Below, in pieces: positions 62,549 to 64,000 of a stretch of DNA of 64,000 bases. Made by a program: the position numbers and the translations under genes. The notes under the pieces are model-generated. The model was given only the letters and a program-made list of their open reading frames with translations, was not told the DNA's origin and made no database searches. Source of the DNA: a virus. The stretch lies in IMG/VR virus record IMGVR_UViG_3300014205_000222. One strand, written 5' to 3'. Within the stretch, counting starts at the first letter, position 1. Each line of letters begins with the position of its first letter.

Positions 62549-64000
62549 TAATAACCACCACCCAAATATGTTGACCGTCTATACATATCATATAGTATGT
62601 ATATAGTAATAAACCCAGTTACCACCGCAAGCAAAATTGAAACCCATGATATGATTGTCATCGTACTCAAGGTTGAAACAACCAAATAAAGTTCTATAAC
62701 CAATGCGGACATAAGAAAAACAACCGATTTCGGACTACTACGAACAAGCAATCCAATTACAGTCAAAATAATTGATATTATAACAAAATACATATAATAC
62801 CAACCACTGTATTTTGTAGTCGTTTCATTGCTATCGGATGATATCTGATACAAATAATTCGGGTCACTGTCAGAATATTCAACCAACCGTATCGTATGTT
62901 TTTCGTTTGGTTTCAACCCAGACGCAGTATATGTTGTTGACATTTCACTAGCATTAGATAACGACATATCATACACTTCTGTTTCGTCTAACAACACTCG
63001 AATTTTAGAATCACTCCCAATAAACTCTGGGGGTATAACCCAATCCCACCTTATCCAGCTCTCTCCACTAACAGATGTAATCTGATATAACCCAACCGTT
63101 CCATTCTGTGGTGGATATGTAGGCGTTGGAGTAGGCGTTGGAACAAATTTTAAAGTTATATAATCTATTTTGTTAGATATTCCCCAAGAATAATCATTAG
63201 AAGCATTTAGTGTAACTGTAAACGTATTACCATTCCCATAATATGTATGCGTTGGGTTTTGTAAAGACGAGTAATTTCCATCTCCAAAATTCCACGACCA
63301 TGCAGTTGGGACACCATTAGATGTCAAATCTGAAAAATCTACAGTTAACGGAGAAGAACCACTTGTTGGTGTTCCTATAAAATTAACAGATAGTGGATAT
63401 AATGTTATATAACTGTATTTCGTTTCTACAGAATACCCAGTGGCATTTGTTACATTTAGACTAACCGTGTAACTATTTCCAGAATCCCCAACACTAATAT
63501 TATACCAATGCAATGGATTTTGGTCTGTACTAAACTCTCCATCACCAAACTCCCAGTACCAAGACAAAGGATCTGTCACAGTAGTATCTGTAAATTGCAC
63601 CACAAATGGTGGATACCCTGTTGTAGCATTGGCATAGAAATCAACATCGGGCAACCCTAATCCGGAATACACTGTAATATAATCAATCTTCACTTCACTG
63701 TCAGACCCACAATCGTTCGTGACTGTCAAATTGACCGTGTATGTGCCCGGTGATGAATATTCGTGCACAGGAGAACTTGTTGTATAATCCACAAATCCGT
63801 CATTATCAATATCCCATGCCCAAGTTGATGGACTACCCGTGCTACTATCTTTAAACGCAACTACAAGAGGAGATTCCCCTGTCGTTACATTCGCAGAGAA
63901 CCCGGCAGTTGGCGGACTGCCAACGGTTATATGCCCGGTCTTCACTTCGCTGTCAGACCCACAATCGTTCGTGACTGTCAAATTGACCGTGTATGTGCCC
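62548..64000 (-). CDS. PKD-repeat cell-surface protein with C-terminal TM anchor (N-terminus beyond window)
   Basis: Repeated …YTVNLTVTNDCGSDSEVK… PKD-domain signature; frame stays open to window end. Confidence 0.65.
   Translation of the reverse strand, partial: GTYTVNLTVTNDCGSDSEVKTGHITVGSPPTAGFSANVTTGESPLVVAFKDSSTGSPSTWAWDIDNDGFVDYTTSSPVHEYSSPGTYTVNLTVTNDCGSDSEVKIDYITVYSGLGLPDVDFYANATTGYPPFVVQFTDTTVTDPLSWYWEFGDGEFSTDQNPLHWYNISVGDSGNSYTVSLNVTNATGYSVETKYSYITLYPLSVNFIGTPTSGSSPLTVDFSDLTSNGVPTAWSWNFGDGNYSSLQNPTHTYYGNGNTFTVTLNASNDYSWGISNKIDYITLKFVPTPTPTPTYPPQNGTVGLYQITSVSGESWIRWDWVIPPEFIGSDSKIRVLLDETEVYDMSLSNASEMSTTYTASGLKPNEKHTIRLVEYSDSDPNYLYQISSDSNETTTKYSGWYYMYFVIISIILTVIGLLVRSSPKSVVFLMSALVIELYLVVSTLSTMTIISWVSILLAVVTGFITIYILYDMYRRSTYLGGGY
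63689..64000. repeat. near-identical 60-bp direct repeat (63689-63748 vs 63941-64000, 1 mismatch) = recently duplicated PKD domain
   Basis: Direct sequence comparison; spacing 252 bp = 84 codons = one PKD domain. Confidence 0.85.

Noticed and set aside
1-64000. rRNA genes, tyrosine integrase or att sites, capsid, terminase and portal genes
   Set aside because: None recognisable by motif in this window. Whether the element is a virus, plasmid or integrated therefore cannot be settled from the window alone.

Overview
AT-rich, gene-dense 64 kb window that reads as an archaeal virus, provirus or large mobile element rather than ordinary chromosome. I could not find capsid, terminase or portal genes in the window, so the viral assignment is an inference. 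All annotation below is manual, from the sequence and the ORF track only.

Archaeal hallmarks present:
- An 813-aa surface protein with signal peptide, PT-rich linker and a PGF-CTERM archaeosortase signal.
- A PCNA sliding clamp ending in LAPRLE.
- An HMf-type histone and a PTH2 peptidyl-tRNA hydrolase.
- tRNA-Tyr with a C1-G72 pair, tRNA-His with an encoded G-1, and tRNA-Arg(GCG).
- TATA boxes about 25 nt upstream of leaderless start codons, alongside GGAGG/GGTGA Shine-Dalgarno motifs inside operons.

Layout:
- 0-10.9 kb (+) and 10.9-29.7 kb (-): two long co-directional blocks of about 90 mostly tiny ORFs, many with paired CxxC zinc-ribbon motifs. Recognisable genes on the minus block are a DUF3850/ASCH-like protein, a serine-recombinase catalytic domain, a minimal nucleotidyltransferase, a transglutaminase-like protein, a GT2-GtrA glycosyltransferase, a GT-C (ArnT/PMT-like) glycosyltransferase and a DUF5131 (Gp37/Gp68) protein.
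- 29.8-36.6 kb: two lysine-rich paralogs, the PGF-CTERM protein, a protein with an H1-like basic tail, PCNA and PTH2.
- 36.5-52.8 kb: the most unusual region. At least 31 tRNA genes, all on the minus strand, sit in seven tightly packed arrays with 2-7 nt spacers. They cover all 20 amino acids, including four Leu and three Arg isoacceptors.
- The arrays are interleaved with a bacterial-type class II CCA-adding enzyme with an HD domain, a Ro60/TROVE ortholog, a lambda-type metallophosphoesterase, a HAD 5'-nucleotidase-like enzyme, a histone with an N-terminal extension, and an SPFH/flotillin protein.
- Immediately upstream of the Ro60 gene is a noncoding stretch with tandem 70-80 nt units with conserved termini. 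I propose these as Y-RNA-like ncRNAs.
- 53-61 kb (-): a replication/recombination module comprising PrimPol, a PD-(D/E)XK nuclease, an SF2 DEAH helicase, a Sak4-like ATPase and a protein carrying a QAPQQAP coding tandem repeat.
- 61-64 kb (-): membrane proteins and a PKD-repeat protein carrying a near-identical 60-bp internal duplication. The PKD gene continues past the window end.

No CRISPR array, rRNA or tyrosine integrase was seen. The strongest candidate for a new system is the tRNA-array / tRNA-repair / Ro60 / candidate-Y-RNA island. I read it as a viral translation-takeover or anti-anticodon-nuclease module in an archaeal setting.
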